This document shows, piece after piece, positions 18,289 through 26,984 of a DNA stretch of 40,407 nucleotides (positions are counted from its first letter, which is position 1; each line of letters opens with the position of its first letter). The stretch lies in the sequence record SRR22947725_1617; one strand, given 5' to 3'. The notes beneath the pieces are model-generated. The model saw only the letters and a program-made list of their open reading frames with translations. It was not told the origin of the DNA and searched no databases. Position numbers and translations under genes: made by a program.

Positions 18289-19515
18289 CTAATTAAAGCT
18301 TGAGTCTAAACCTTTTTTAATGGCATCTAAAAACTCTTGTGTGTTTAAATAATGAGATCTGTTTAAACTTTTTCCATGAATTAGCAGCGCTAAATCTTTT
18401 GTCATTTGACCGTTTTCAACTGTTTCTATACAAACAGTTTCTAATGTTTTACAAAAGTCTATTAGTTCATTATTGTTGTCAAGTTTCCCCCTGTGAGCTA
18501 GACCTCTAGTCCAAGCAAATATAGAAGCTATCGGATTGGTAGAAGTTTCATTACCTTTTTGATGTTCTCTATAATGTCTAGTTACAGTTCCATGTGCAGC
18601 TTCTGCTTCCATTGTTTTTCCATCAGGTGTGACTAAAGTCGAAGTCATTAAACCTAATGAGCCAAAACCTTGAGCAACTGTGTCAGATTGAACATCACCG
18701 TCATAGTTTTTACAAGCCCATACAAATCCACCATTCCATTTCATTGCGGCTGCAACCATATCATCGATTAATCTATGTTCGTATGTTATGCCTGCTGCTT
18801 CAAATTTTTCTTTAAACTCATTTGTAAAAACTTCGTGAAAGACGTCCTTAAAACGTCCGTCATAAGCTTTTAAAATAGTGTTTTTTGTAGATAAATATAA
18901 AGGCCATTTTTTGGTTAAAGCTTGATTCATGCAAGATCTCGCAAATCCATAAATCGAAGAATCAATATTATACATGCTCATGGCAACTCCATTTTCTTGA
19001 AAATTATACACTTCCCAAGTTTTAGGTTTAGCTCCGTTTTCAGGTGTGAAAGTCATAGTTAATTTTCCTTTTCCATGAGTAACTATGTCAGTGGCTTTAT
19101 ATTGATCACCAAATGCATGTCTGCCGATACAAATCGGTTTCGTCCATCCTTGAACATACCTTGGAACATTTTTCATAATTATAGGTTCTCTAAAAACCGT
19201 TCCTCCAACGATATTTCTTATTGTTCCATTTGGAGATCTCCACATTTTTTTTAATGTGTATTCAACAACTCTATCTTCATCTGGAGTAATAGTTGCACAC
19301 TTAATACCAACATTATATTTTTTTATAGCTTCAGCTGAATCAATTGTAACTTGATCATCAGTAAAATCTCTGTGTTTAACACTTAAATCATAATATTTAA
19401 TATCTAGGTCTAAGTAGGGTAGTATTAATTTGGTTTTAATAAAATCCCAAATAATTCTAGTCATTTCATCTCCATCTAATTCAACAACTGGATTATTAAC
19501 TATAATTTTTTTCAT
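18289..19515 (-). CDS. icd: NADP-dependent isocitrate dehydrogenase, dimeric eukaryote-like (type II)
   Basis: [51 protein letters not shown] (NADP-type RH); ATG at 19515. Confidence 0.95.
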   Translation of the reverse strand: MKKIIVNNPVVELDGDEMTRIIWDFIKTKLILPYLDLDIKYYDLSVKHRDFTDDQVTIDSAEAIKKYNVGIKCATITPDEDRVVEYTLKKMWRSPNGTIRNIVGGTVFREPIIMKNVPRYVQGWTKPICIGRHAFGDQYKATDIVTHGKGKLTMTFTPENGAKPKTWEVYNFQENGVAMSMYNIDSSIYGFARSCMNQALTKKWPLYLSTKNTILKAYDGRFKDVFHEVFTNEFKEKFEAAGITYEHRLIDDMVAAAMKWNGGFVWACKNYDGDVQSDTVAQGFGSLGLMTSTLVTPDGKTMEAEAAHGTVTRHYREHQKGNETSTNPIASIFAWTRGLAHRGKLDNNNELIDFCKTLETVCIETVENGQMTKDLALLIHGKSLNRSHYLNTQEFLDAIKKGLDSSFN

Positions 19516-19536
19516 CAAGTTTGTATGAGTATTAAA

Positions 19537-19887
19537 TTACCTCTTAATTTCTTTTATTCTAGCTTTTTTACCTCTTAATTCTCGAAAATAATAAATTCTA
19601 GATCTTCTTACTCTTCCTTTTTTATTAATTTCTATTTTTTGAATAGCTGGAAGATTAAAAGGAAAAATTCTTTCGATACCAATAGTACCAGACATTTTTC
19701 TGATAGTAAAAGTTTTGGTAAGTCCAGTTCCTTTGATTTGAATTACAACACCTTTAAAAAACTGAGTACGGACTTTTTCACCTTCTCTAATTTCATAATA
19801 AACGGTTATTGTGTCTCCAGATTTGAATGTTGGGATTTCTTTTTTCGTTACAAATTCATCTTGTACGAATTTTATTAAAGATTCCAT
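19537..19887 (-). CDS. rplS: 50S ribosomal protein L19
   Basis: FKSGDTITV, EGEKVRTQFFKGVVI, TFTIRKMS, GIERIFP, GRVRRSRIYYFRELRGKKARIKE. Confidence 0.98.
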   Translation of the reverse strand: MESLIKFVQDEFVTKKEIPTFKSGDTITVYYEIREGEKVRTQFFKGVVIQIKGTGLTKTFTIRKMSGTIGIERIFPFNLPAIQKIEINKKGRVRRSRIYYFRELRGKKARIKEIKR

Positions 19888-19907
19888 TGTGTAAGATTTT
19901 AAATTAA

Positions 19908-19949
19908 TTTATTACAACATCCACGATTATCGTCAGTGGTTATAATAAA
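19908..19949 (-). ncRNA. rplS 5'-leader hairpin (probable L19 ribosomal leader)
   Basis: 11-bp stem UUUAUUAUAAC/GUUGUAAUAAA (G-U pair only on the mRNA strand) enclosing CACUG-ACGA-UAA-UCGU-GGAU; begins just after the predicted TSS. Confidence 0.7.
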
Positions 19950-19957
19950 ATCGAATG

Positions 19958-19965
19958 CGAAATTA
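19958..19965 (-). promoter_or_regulatory. -7 element variant (TAATTTCG) for rplS
   Basis: One mismatch to TAnnTTTG, immediately upstream of the leader hairpin. Confidence 0.6.
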
Positions 19966-19993
19966 CATTTTTTTTTTAATTTATAGAAAGATT

Positions 19994-20668
19994 TCAGTCA
20001 AAAATGTCTGGTCTTAAATTTTTAGTCCTTTCTAAAGCTTTTTCCTCTCTCCAAAGTTCAATTTTTAATTTATCTCCAGAAAGAAGAATTTCAGGAACAT
20101 CTAAGTTCTCAAATGAGGAAGGTCTTGTATAGACTGGTGGAGCCAATAAATCATCTTGAAAAGAATCGGTTAGTGCAGATGTTTCGTTTCCTAATACGCC
20201 TGGAATTAATCTAATTATTGAATCGCAAAGTACTGCAGCAGGCAGCTCTCCACCAGAAAGCACGTAGTCTCCAATTGATATTTCCATGGTTATTAAACTA
20301 TCTCTAACTCTTTGATCTACGCCTTTATAATGTCCACATAAAATAATTATATTTCCTTTTAATGAAAGTTTATTAGAAATTTTTTGATTTAACATTTCAC
20401 CATCTGGTGTCATGTAAATAACTTCTTCATATTTTCTTTCTTTTTTTAGTGAATCTATACATTTTTTTATGGGTTCAATCATCATTACCATACCTGATCC
20501 TCCTCCAAACTGATAATCATCTACTTGTCTTCTTTTGCTAGAAGCATAATCTTTTAAATCATGAAAATTAACTTCAATTAGTTTTTTGTCAATTGCTCGT
20601 TTGAGTATTGAAGCGTTGAAAGGACTTTCAATTAATTTAGGTAAAACACTTATTATATCAATTCTCAT
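19994..20668 (-). CDS. trmD: tRNA (guanine-N1)-methyltransferase
   Basis: VDDYQFGGGSGMVM, MTPDG, LCGHYKGVDQR, SIGDYVLSGGE, YTRP. Confidence 0.97.
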   Translation of the reverse strand: MRIDIISVLPKLIESPFNASILKRAIDKKLIEVNFHDLKDYASSKRRQVDDYQFGGGSGMVMMIEPIKKCIDSLKKERKYEEVIYMTPDGEMLNQKISNKLSLKGNIIILCGHYKGVDQRVRDSLITMEISIGDYVLSGGELPAAVLCDSIIRLIPGVLGNETSALTDSFQDDLLAPPVYTRPSSFENLDVPEILLSGDKLKIELWREEKALERTKNLRPDIFD

Positions 20669-22047
20669 TACTCAAAAATAAGTCTTTCTTTTTCCCCATT
20701 TGGACTCACAAATATCATTTGGTTAATTTTTGTATTTGAATTATAATTAGATAGATCTTCAGTTTTTTTTATTTCATTGTTATTAATTTCTGTTAAAGCA
20801 TATCCTGGTTTTACTCCCATTCTAAAAAGAGAACTATTTCTTAAATTTGATATCTTTAATCCGTGCGTTATTTTATAAGACTCTAATTCAGTTTTAGTCA
20901 TATTTTTTAATTGCATTCCTAAAAAACTTACATTATTATTTTTTTCTAAAGTCACTCTTAATTTAATATTCTTATTATCTCTGATTATACCAACTGAAAT
21001 TTTATCACCAGGTCTTTTTGTACTTAAGTATCCTGATAAATCAGAAAATTTTTCGATTTTAATATTATCAAGGCTGATTATTACATCCCCTTTTATAATT
21101 CCAGCTCTTTCTGCTCCCATTTCTGCTTCAGTATCATTTACAAAAAACCCCTCAGTTAGATCTATGTTAAGTTCATTTGCAGATTTAGAGTTTAGCCCAA
21201 ATCCTGTTACTCCAAGTAATCCTTTTTGCACGTTTCCAAATTCAATTATATCCTCAAAAATTTTTCTAGCTACATTACTTGGAACAGCGAACGAGTAACC
21301 AACAAATCCACCAGTTCCACTTGTGATGGCAGTATTAATTCCAATTAAATCTCCGTTAGTATTAACTAAAGCGCCTCCACTATTTCCTGAATTAACTGCA
21401 GCATCAGTTTGAATAAATGATTGATTTTTTGAATCAAAATCGTTTAAATCTCTTGATTTTGCACTAATTATTCCTGCTGTTACTGTAGAAGTTAAATTGA
21501 ATGGATTTCCTACAGCTAACACCCATTCTCCAATTTTAGTTTGGTCAGAATCTGCAAATCTGATATAAGGAAATGATTCGTCTCCGACAATTTTTAGAAC
21601 AGCAATATCTGAAACTTCATCACTTCCTAAAAGTTCAGCATTATATGTCTTGTTATTATTTGTGGTAATCTCAATTGTACTAGCATTTTCAATCACGTGA
21701 TTATTTGTGATTATATATCCATCTTCTGAAATTATAACTCCAGATCCCATTCCAACTCTTGTTTTTCCTCCAGAATTATTGAAATAATCCCAAAGTGAAG
21801 AATTCCCCCCACTAATACTAGTGTTTTTTACGTGAACAACAGAGTGAATAGTTTTTTCTGCAGCAGAAACAAAATCATTTTCAACACTTAAATTACTGTT
21901 AGATAACGGATTAAATGAAATATTAACCATATTATCTTTTTCCTCTGTGATAATATTATTTGAATGGTCATAATAAAAATTATGCATGAATAATGCTAAA
22001 AATCCTCCAAATAATGAAACTAAAAAAGTATAAAGTAATTTTTTCAT
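20668..22047 (-). CDS. HtrA/DegP-family serine protease with PDZ domain(s)
   Basis: N-terminal hydrophobic anchor, triad TNNHV / SDIAVL / GNSGGAL, IQTDAAVN, PDZ AERAGIIKGDVII. Confidence 0.93.
   Translation of the reverse strand: MKKLLYTFLVSLFGGFLALFMHNFYYDHSNNIITEEKDNMVNISFNPLSNSNLSVENDFVSAAEKTIHSVVHVKNTSISGGNSSLWDYFNNSGGKTRVGMGSGVIISEDGYIITNNHVIENASTIEITTNNNKTYNAELLGSDEVSDIAVLKIVGDESFPYIRFADSDQTKIGEWVLAVGNPFNLTSTVTAGIISAKSRDLNDFDSKNQSFIQTDAAVNSGNSGGALVNTNGDLIGINTAITSGTGGFVGYSFAVPSNVARKIFEDIIEFGNVQKGLLGVTGFGLNSKSANELNIDLTEGFFVNDTEAEMGAERAGIIKGDVIISLDNIKIEKFSDLSGYLSTKRPGDKISVGIIRDNKNIKLRVTLEKNNNVSFLGMQLKNMTKTELESYKITHGLKISNLRNSSLFRMGVKPGYALTEINNNEIKKTEDLSNYNSNTKINQMIFVSPNGEKERLIFE
20673..20680 (-). 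promoter_or_regulatory. -7 element (TATTTTTG) inside the last codons of degP, 4 nt before the trmD ATG
   Basis: Minus strand reads TATTTTTG-AGTA-ATG. Confidence 0.55.
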
Positions 22048-22062
22048 AATAAAATTTTAATT

Positions 22063-22070
22063 CAAAATTA
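22063..22070 (-). promoter_or_regulatory. -7 element (TAATTTTG) for degP
   Basis: Exact TAnnTTTG 15 nt before the ATG. Confidence 0.65.
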
Positions 22071-22095
22071 TATTTTTAAATTTTAGAAAAATATA

Positions 22096-22117
22096 TTTTA
22101 ACTACTTTTTAACAACT
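22096..22117. promoter_or_regulatory. tandem 11-bp direct repeat TTTTAAC(T/A)ACT, candidate response-regulator site
   Basis: TTTTAACTACT at 22096-22106 and TTTTAACAACT at 22107-22117, between the divergent degP and dapF promoters. Confidence 0.5.
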
Positions 22118-22128
22118 TTTTCTTTTTA

Positions 22129-22136
22129 TATATTCG
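22129..22136 (+). promoter_or_regulatory. -7 element variant (TATATTCG) for dapF-mltG
   Basis: One mismatch to consensus, 14 nt before the ATG. Confidence 0.55.
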
Positions 22137-22150
22137 TTATATTATAAAAA

Positions 22151-22930
22151 ATGAAGATTAAATTTCAAAAATATCAAGGAACAGGAAATGATTTTATAAT
22201 TATTGACAACACTGATTTATCTTTTCCATCTGAAAACTATTCTTTGATTAAAAGACTTTGTGATCGAAAATATGGAATCGGATGCGATGGATTAATTTTA
22301 ATAGAACCTTCAAAATCTTCTGACTTTACAATGAATTATTATAATTCTGATGGAAATTTAGGATCGATGTGTGGAAATGGTGCTCGTTGTTCTGTAAAAT
22401 TTGTTCAAAATCTTAAAATTATTAATGATAATACAGTTTTTACTGCCTATGATGGATTACACGATGCTTCAATTTTAGATAATATAATTACTTTGTCTAT
22501 GAAGCCAGTTAGAAATATTAAAAGTATAGGAGATGATCTTTTGTTAGATACTGGATCTCCTCATTATGTAAAAATTGTTCAATGTCTCAATGATTATAAA
22601 GTATTTGAAAATGGCAAGAAAATAAGAAACAATTCTTTATTTAAAAAAAATGGAGTTAATGTGAATTTTGTAGAACAAATCTCAGAAAATGAATTTTCAG
22701 TAAGAACATATGAAAGAGGAGTAGAGGATGAGACGCTTTCCTGTGGAACAGGTGTTACAGCGGTAGCTTTAGCTATGTTTAAATTAGGAAAAACAAATTC
22801 TAAAGAAGTTGTAATAAAAACAAAAGGAGGAGAATTATCCGTTAAATTTGATACTATCGAAGAACGATATTTTGATATTAAATTATCTGGAGGAGTTGAA
22901 ATGGTATTTTCAGGTGAAATTGATATATAA
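22151..22930 (+). CDS. dapF: diaminopimelate epimerase
   Basis: KYQGTGNDF, GIGCDGLI, MCGNG, DTGSPH, NVNF, ERGVEDETLSCGTG. Confidence 0.96.
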   Translation: MKIKFQKYQGTGNDFIIIDNTDLSFPSENYSLIKRLCDRKYGIGCDGLILIEPSKSSDFTMNYYNSDGNLGSMCGNGARCSVKFVQNLKIINDNTVFTAYDGLHDASILDNIITLSMKPVRNIKSIGDDLLLDTGSPHYVKIVQCLNDYKVFENGKKIRNNSLFKKNGVNVNFVEQISENEFSVRTYERGVEDETLSCGTGVTAVALAMFKLGKTNSKEVVIKTKGGELSVKFDTIEERYFDIKLSGGVEMVFSGEIDI

Positions 22931-23983
22931 ATGGAAAATAAATCATTATATAAATTTATAATTGGGTTAGGAGTTACATGTTTTTTGTTTTTGGCTTTAA
23001 TGTTTACTATTAACTACTACAATACTTATTATGCTGAAAACACAAGTTTTAATGAAGAGAAAATTTATCTATATATTCCAACAGGATCAGGCTTAGATAA
23101 TTTAAAAAAACAAATCTTTCCTTTGCTAAAAGATTCCTCAACTTTCTTTGACGCAGCATATAAAAAAAAATATATTTTAAATATTAAAGCGGGTAAATAT
23201 GAAATAAAAAAAGGTTTTTCAAATAAAGAAATTCTAAATTCATTAAAATTTAACAATGTCCCTGTAAAAGTAACTTTTAACAATGTGGAAAGGTTAGAAA
23301 ATTTAGCTTCTAGAATATCGAAATACATAGAAGCTGATAGTTTAAGTTTAATGAATTCATTTAATGAAAAATTATTTTTAAACACGAATAATTTAAACTC
23401 TGAGTCTGTTTTTGCTATTTTTCTTCCAAACACCTATGAATTTTATTGGAACACAAGCGCAGATCAGTTTCGTGATAAAATGCTTTATCAATACAATTTA
23501 TATTGGAATAATTTAAGAAAACAAAAAGCTAGGTCATTAAATTTAAGCCCTGTTGAAGTTTCTGTTTTGGCTTCAATAGTTCAAAGAGAAACCCCTAAAG
23601 TTGATGAAAGACCAACTATTTCAGGTGTTTATTTCAATAGATTAAAGAAAAGAATGAAACTGCAAGCTGATCCAACTGTTGTTTATACAATAAAGGAAAA
23701 AAAAGGGTTTGATAAAAAAATTAGAAGGGTTTTATATCGAGATCTTAAAATAAAATCACCTTACAATACTTATATAAATAGGGGGCTGCCGCCTGGCCCG
23801 ATTTATATGTCTGATTTTTCATCAATTGAATCTGTTTTAGAAATGGAAACTCATGAATACTTGTTTTTTGTTGCAGATGTTAAAAGACCTGGATATCATA
23901 TTTTTGCTAAAACATACAGGCAACACAACAAAAACAAACGCCAGTATACAAATTGGCTTAAAAAAAACAACATAAGAAGGTAA
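22931..23983 (+). CDS. mltG: endolytic transglycosylase MltG (YceG family)
   Basis: N-terminal TM, FLPNTYEF, LASIVQRE (catalytic Glu), LQADPT, SPYNTY, GLPPGPI, YLFFVA. Confidence 0.93.
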   Translation: MENKSLYKFIIGLGVTCFLFLALMFTINYYNTYYAENTSFNEEKIYLYIPTGSGLDNLKKQIFPLLKDSSTFFDAAYKKKYILNIKAGKYEIKKGFSNKEILNSLKFNNVPVKVTFNNVERLENLASRISKYIEADSLSLMNSFNEKLFLNTNNLNSESVFAIFLPNTYEFYWNTSADQFRDKMLYQYNLYWNNLRKQKARSLNLSPVEVSVLASIVQRETPKVDERPTISGVYFNRLKKRMKLQADPTVVYTIKEKKGFDKKIRRVLYRDLKIKSPYNTYINRGLPPGPIYMSDFSSIESVLEMETHEYLFFVADVKRPGYHIFAKTYRQHNKNKRQYTNWLKKNNIRR

Positions 23984-24009
23984 TATATTGATTATCAGAT
24001 AATTAATAT
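23981..24009. promoter_or_regulatory. palindromic operator-like site TAA-N5-TGA-N3-TCA-N5-TTA
   Basis: TAATATATTGATTATCAGATAATTA (23981-24005), overlapped by the 12-1-12 inverted repeat ATATTGATTATC-A-GATAATTAATAT (23985-24009). Confidence 0.45.
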
Positions 24010-24015
24010 TTTATG

Positions 24016-24023
24016 TATGTTTG
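24016..24023 (+). promoter_or_regulatory. -7 element (TATGTTTG) for the 24063 gene
   Basis: Exact TAnnTTTG followed by C. Confidence 0.7.
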
Positions 24024-24062
24024 CGCCATATTTTAAATTGATTTTATCTTATTATAGTTATA

Positions 24063-24677
24063 ATGTATAGTATGTTCAAAAACAATTTAGTGCTTACAAT
24101 CTTATTTGTATTTAGCACTTCTTTTATCTCCACTGATTATAATAAAACATTTGACAACTCATATATTGACTTAGAATACATAGTATCAGCTGATAAAAAT
24201 ATTGAAATACCCAATTATATTTTTTTAATTGATGATTATACTGGTTTTAAAGAATTACTTGGATTCAAGGAATCAAGTGGTCGTTACAATCGTATCAATA
24301 AATTTGGCTTTATGGGTAAGTATCAATTTAATTTGAATACTCTTAAAATGTATGGAATTAAAAATTCTAAAAATTTCATTAATGATGCAAAGCTTCAAGA
24401 AAGAGTTTTCTTAATTAATGTTCAGAGAAATAAATGGATTTTAAGAAGAGACATAAAATGGTTTGTTGGAACAATAATTAATGAAACTAAAATAAGTGAG
24501 TCTGGAATAATTGCTGCTGCTCACTTAGCTGGACCTGGAAATGTAAAAAAATATTTGCGTTCAGGTGGAAAAGATGATAAAAAAGATGCCTTTGGAACTT
24601 CAATTTCAAAGTATATAAAATATTTTCAAAATTTTGACTTATCAATGGTTGAAGCCGTAAGAAAGCCTAAGGTTTAA
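24063..24677 (+). CDS. exported lysozyme-fold / lytic transglycosylase-like protein
   Basis: N-terminal hydrophobic segment; KESSG, MGKYQF, AAAHLAGPGNV, SKYIKYF resemble SLT motifs I-IV; ATG at 24072 is an alternative start. Confidence 0.6.
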   Translation: MYSMFKNNLVLTILFVFSTSFISTDYNKTFDNSYIDLEYIVSADKNIEIPNYIFLIDDYTGFKELLGFKESSGRYNRINKFGFMGKYQFNLNTLKMYGIKNSKNFINDAKLQERVFLINVQRNKWILRRDIKWFVGTIINETKISESGIIAAAHLAGPGNVKKYLRSGGKDDKKDAFGTSISKYIKYFQNFDLSMVEAVRKPKV

Positions 24678-25375
24678 TTGCTTTGTATTAAAAAAATAGT
24701 GGGTCTTTTATGAATATCAACTTTAGTTGATTTCCAAATTTTAACTTCCTTTGTTTTTATATATTCACTACTTAAAGTCAAATCACAAGCTATGCACAAT
24801 TTTGTTTCCGGCCTTAAAGTAACAAGTAATGTAGATAAAAATTTATTATTTCTATATGGTGTTTCCATAAAAATTTGAGTTGTAATTAGTGATTTATTTT
24901 CTAAAATTTTTATTTTTTTCTTTCTTTCATTTTTTTCAATAGGAAGGTAACCATTAAACTTAAAACTTTGACCGTTCATTCCAGAACCCATAAGCGCTAA
25001 TAATATTGAAGAAGGTCCAACTAAAGGAATAACTTTAATTTTATTCTCGTGTGCTAATCTTACAATTTCAGAACCAGGATCTGCAATTCCAGGACATCCT
25101 GCATCTGAAATTAAAGCAATATCATTTCCACTTAAACAAGGGTTTAAAAAATTCTTAATTTCTTTTTCAATAGTGTGTTTATTTAAAACTGATATATTTA
25201 ATTCAGATTGATTTTTTTCAGGACTTATTTCTTTTATAAAAGCTCTTCCTGGTTTTTCATTTTCAAAAATAAAATATTTTGTGTTTTTTATTAAAGTGTA
25301 TTGATGTTCAGGGAAATTATAAGTTTTTGACTCACCGAGTTTATTAGGAACTAGGTAAAGTTTTCCTAAGCTCAT
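24674..25375 (-). CDS. RsmI-like SAM-dependent methyltransferase (tetrapyrrole methylase family)
   Basis: GKLYLVPNKLG, ISDAGCPGIADPG, PLVGPSSILLALMGSG, FNGYLP, FMETPYRN. Confidence 0.88.
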   Translation of the reverse strand: MSLGKLYLVPNKLGESKTYNFPEHQYTLIKNTKYFIFENEKPGRAFIKEISPEKNQSELNISVLNKHTIEKEIKNFLNPCLSGNDIALISDAGCPGIADPGSEIVRLAHENKIKVIPLVGPSSILLALMGSGMNGQSFKFNGYLPIEKNERKKKIKILENKSLITTQIFMETPYRNNKFLSTLLVTLRPETKLCIACDLTLSSEYIKTKEVKIWKSTKVDIHKRPTIFLIQSN

Positions 25376-25384
25376 CTATAAATT

Positions 25385-26809
25385 TTATACTGTAAATTTT
25401 TTGGATAAATCTTCAACGTATTTTCTGAACTGTTTATCTGTAAAAGATAAATTATCAACAGTTTTACAAGCATGAAGGACAGTTGCGTGATCTCTTCGGC
25501 CTATTTGAGATCCAATACTAGCAAGTGATGCTTTTGTAAATTTTTTGGCAAAAAACATTGCTAATTGTCTTGCTTGAACAATATGTCTTTTTCTTGTTTT
25601 TGACTGAAGAGTAGAAACATCCATCTGAAAATATTCAGAAACTATTTTTTGAATGTAATCTATAGAAACTTCTCTTTTTGTGTTTTTAACAAATTTCTCA
25701 ACAACTCCTTTTGCTAATTCAATTGTAATTTCTTTTTTATTAAAAGATGATTGTGCTATTAATGAAATTACAGCACCCTCCAATTCTCTAACGTTAACTT
25801 TTATATTTTTAGCTACATAATCAATTACTTCATCAGAAATTTCCACCCCATCTCTATAAAGTTTGTTTTTTAAAATAGAAACTCTTGTTTCATAATCAGG
25901 CCTTTGAAGTTCAGCAGATAACCCCCATTTGAACCTAGATAATAATCTTTGTTCAATATCTTGCATATCAACCGGTGCTTTATCTGAGGTTAGAATAACT
26001 TGCTTGCCATTTTGATGTAAATGATTGAAAATATGAAAAAATACATCTTGTGTTCCTGTTTTTCCAGAGAAAAATTGAACATCGTCAATAATTAAAACAT
26101 CTATTATTTGATAAAAATGTATAAAGTCATTTCTATTATTTTTTTTGACTGAATCAATATACTGTTGTGTGAATTTTTCAGCTGAAATGTAAAGAACTGT
26201 TTTTTCTGGAAATTTTTCTTTTACATTAACTCCAATAGCATTTGCTAAATGTGTTTTACCTAATCCTACTCCTCCAAAAATTAATAAGGGATTAAATGAT
26301 GTTCCTCCAGGCTTGTTAGAAACAGCTAAACCTGCTGATCTTGCAAGTCTGTTTGCGTCTCCCTCCAAGAAATTGTCAAAAGTATAATTTGGATTTAGTT
26401 GAGATTCTATTTTTAAATTCTTTATTCCAGGAATTACAAAGGGATTTCTTAACTCGGTTTGAAGATTTCCAATGGAAAGGTCAACTTTTTGAGAAGGGAT
26501 ATTTGTTTTATATTGACTAGGTATTTTTTCAGTAAAAGGACTAAGGTTGCCAAATGTATTTTCCATTTTAATTACATATATTAATCTGGCATTTTCTCCA
26601 AGTTCTTTATTTAACGCAAGTTTTAATAATTTCACATAATGTTCTTCAAGCCATTCATAAAAAAATTTGCTTGGAACTTGAACACTCAGCACGTTGTTTT
26701 CGAATTTAATTGGTTTGATTGGTTCGAACCAAGTTTTATAGGCTTGAATCTGTATGTTGTCTTTTATGAATTTAAGACAGTTTTCCCAAACAGATTCAGC
26801 TGTAATCAT
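25385..26809 (-). CDS. dnaA: chromosomal replication initiator DnaA
   Basis: YTFDNFLEG, FNPLLIFGGVGLGKTHL, IDDVQF, RLLSRFKWGL, NVRELEG, domain IV RDHATVLHA. Confidence 0.98.
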   Translation of the reverse strand: MITAESVWENCLKFIKDNIQIQAYKTWFEPIKPIKFENNVLSVQVPSKFFYEWLEEHYVKLLKLALNKELGENARLIYVIKMENTFGNLSPFTEKIPSQYKTNIPSQKVDLSIGNLQTELRNPFVIPGIKNLKIESQLNPNYTFDNFLEGDANRLARSAGLAVSNKPGGTSFNPLLIFGGVGLGKTHLANAIGVNVKEKFPEKTVLYISAEKFTQQYIDSVKKNNRNDFIHFYQIIDVLIIDDVQFFSGKTGTQDVFFHIFNHLHQNGKQVILTSDKAPVDMQDIEQRLLSRFKWGLSAELQRPDYETRVSILKNKLYRDGVEISDEVIDYVAKNIKVNVRELEGAVISLIAQSSFNKKEITIELAKGVVEKFVKNTKREVSIDYIQKIVSEYFQMDVSTLQSKTRKRHIVQARQLAMFFAKKFTKASLASIGSQIGRRDHATVLHACKTVDNLSFTDKQFRKYVEDLSKKFTV

Positions 26810-26878
26810 TTAAATTGTAATTTTTGGTTGTTGAAATCAATATAATTTGGTTAAACTTTATTGATTATTATTATATGA

Positions 26879-26886
26879 CAAATATG
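26879..26886 (-). promoter_or_regulatory. -7 element variant (CATATTTG), probable dnaA promoter
   Basis: One mismatch to TAnnTTTG, about 70 nt upstream of the dnaA ATG. Confidence 0.4.
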
Positions 26887-26984
26887 TGCAAATTTTTATT
26901 AAAAAAAAATCATTTTGCTATTGAATATTAAATATTTTTTGCTCATATTAAAAAGTAATTAATTAAAAGTTACAAATTACATTT

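Noticed and set aside
19639..19878. Plus-strand 79-aa ORF
   Set aside because: Antisense shadow of rplS
19968..19977. Homopolymer runs (T10 here; 9-mers at 8164, 13938, 23162, 26901) as phase-variation tracts
   Set aside because: A/T runs of 9-10 nt are expected at this base composition, they flank or lie in housekeeping genes, and no frame is broken
23065..23433. Minus-strand 122-aa ORF
   Set aside because: Antisense shadow of mltG
26810..26984. oriC next to dnaA
   Set aside because: The 175-nt spacer is AT-rich but has no cluster of TTATCCACA- or TTATTAACA-type boxes that I can see; GC skew could not be computed
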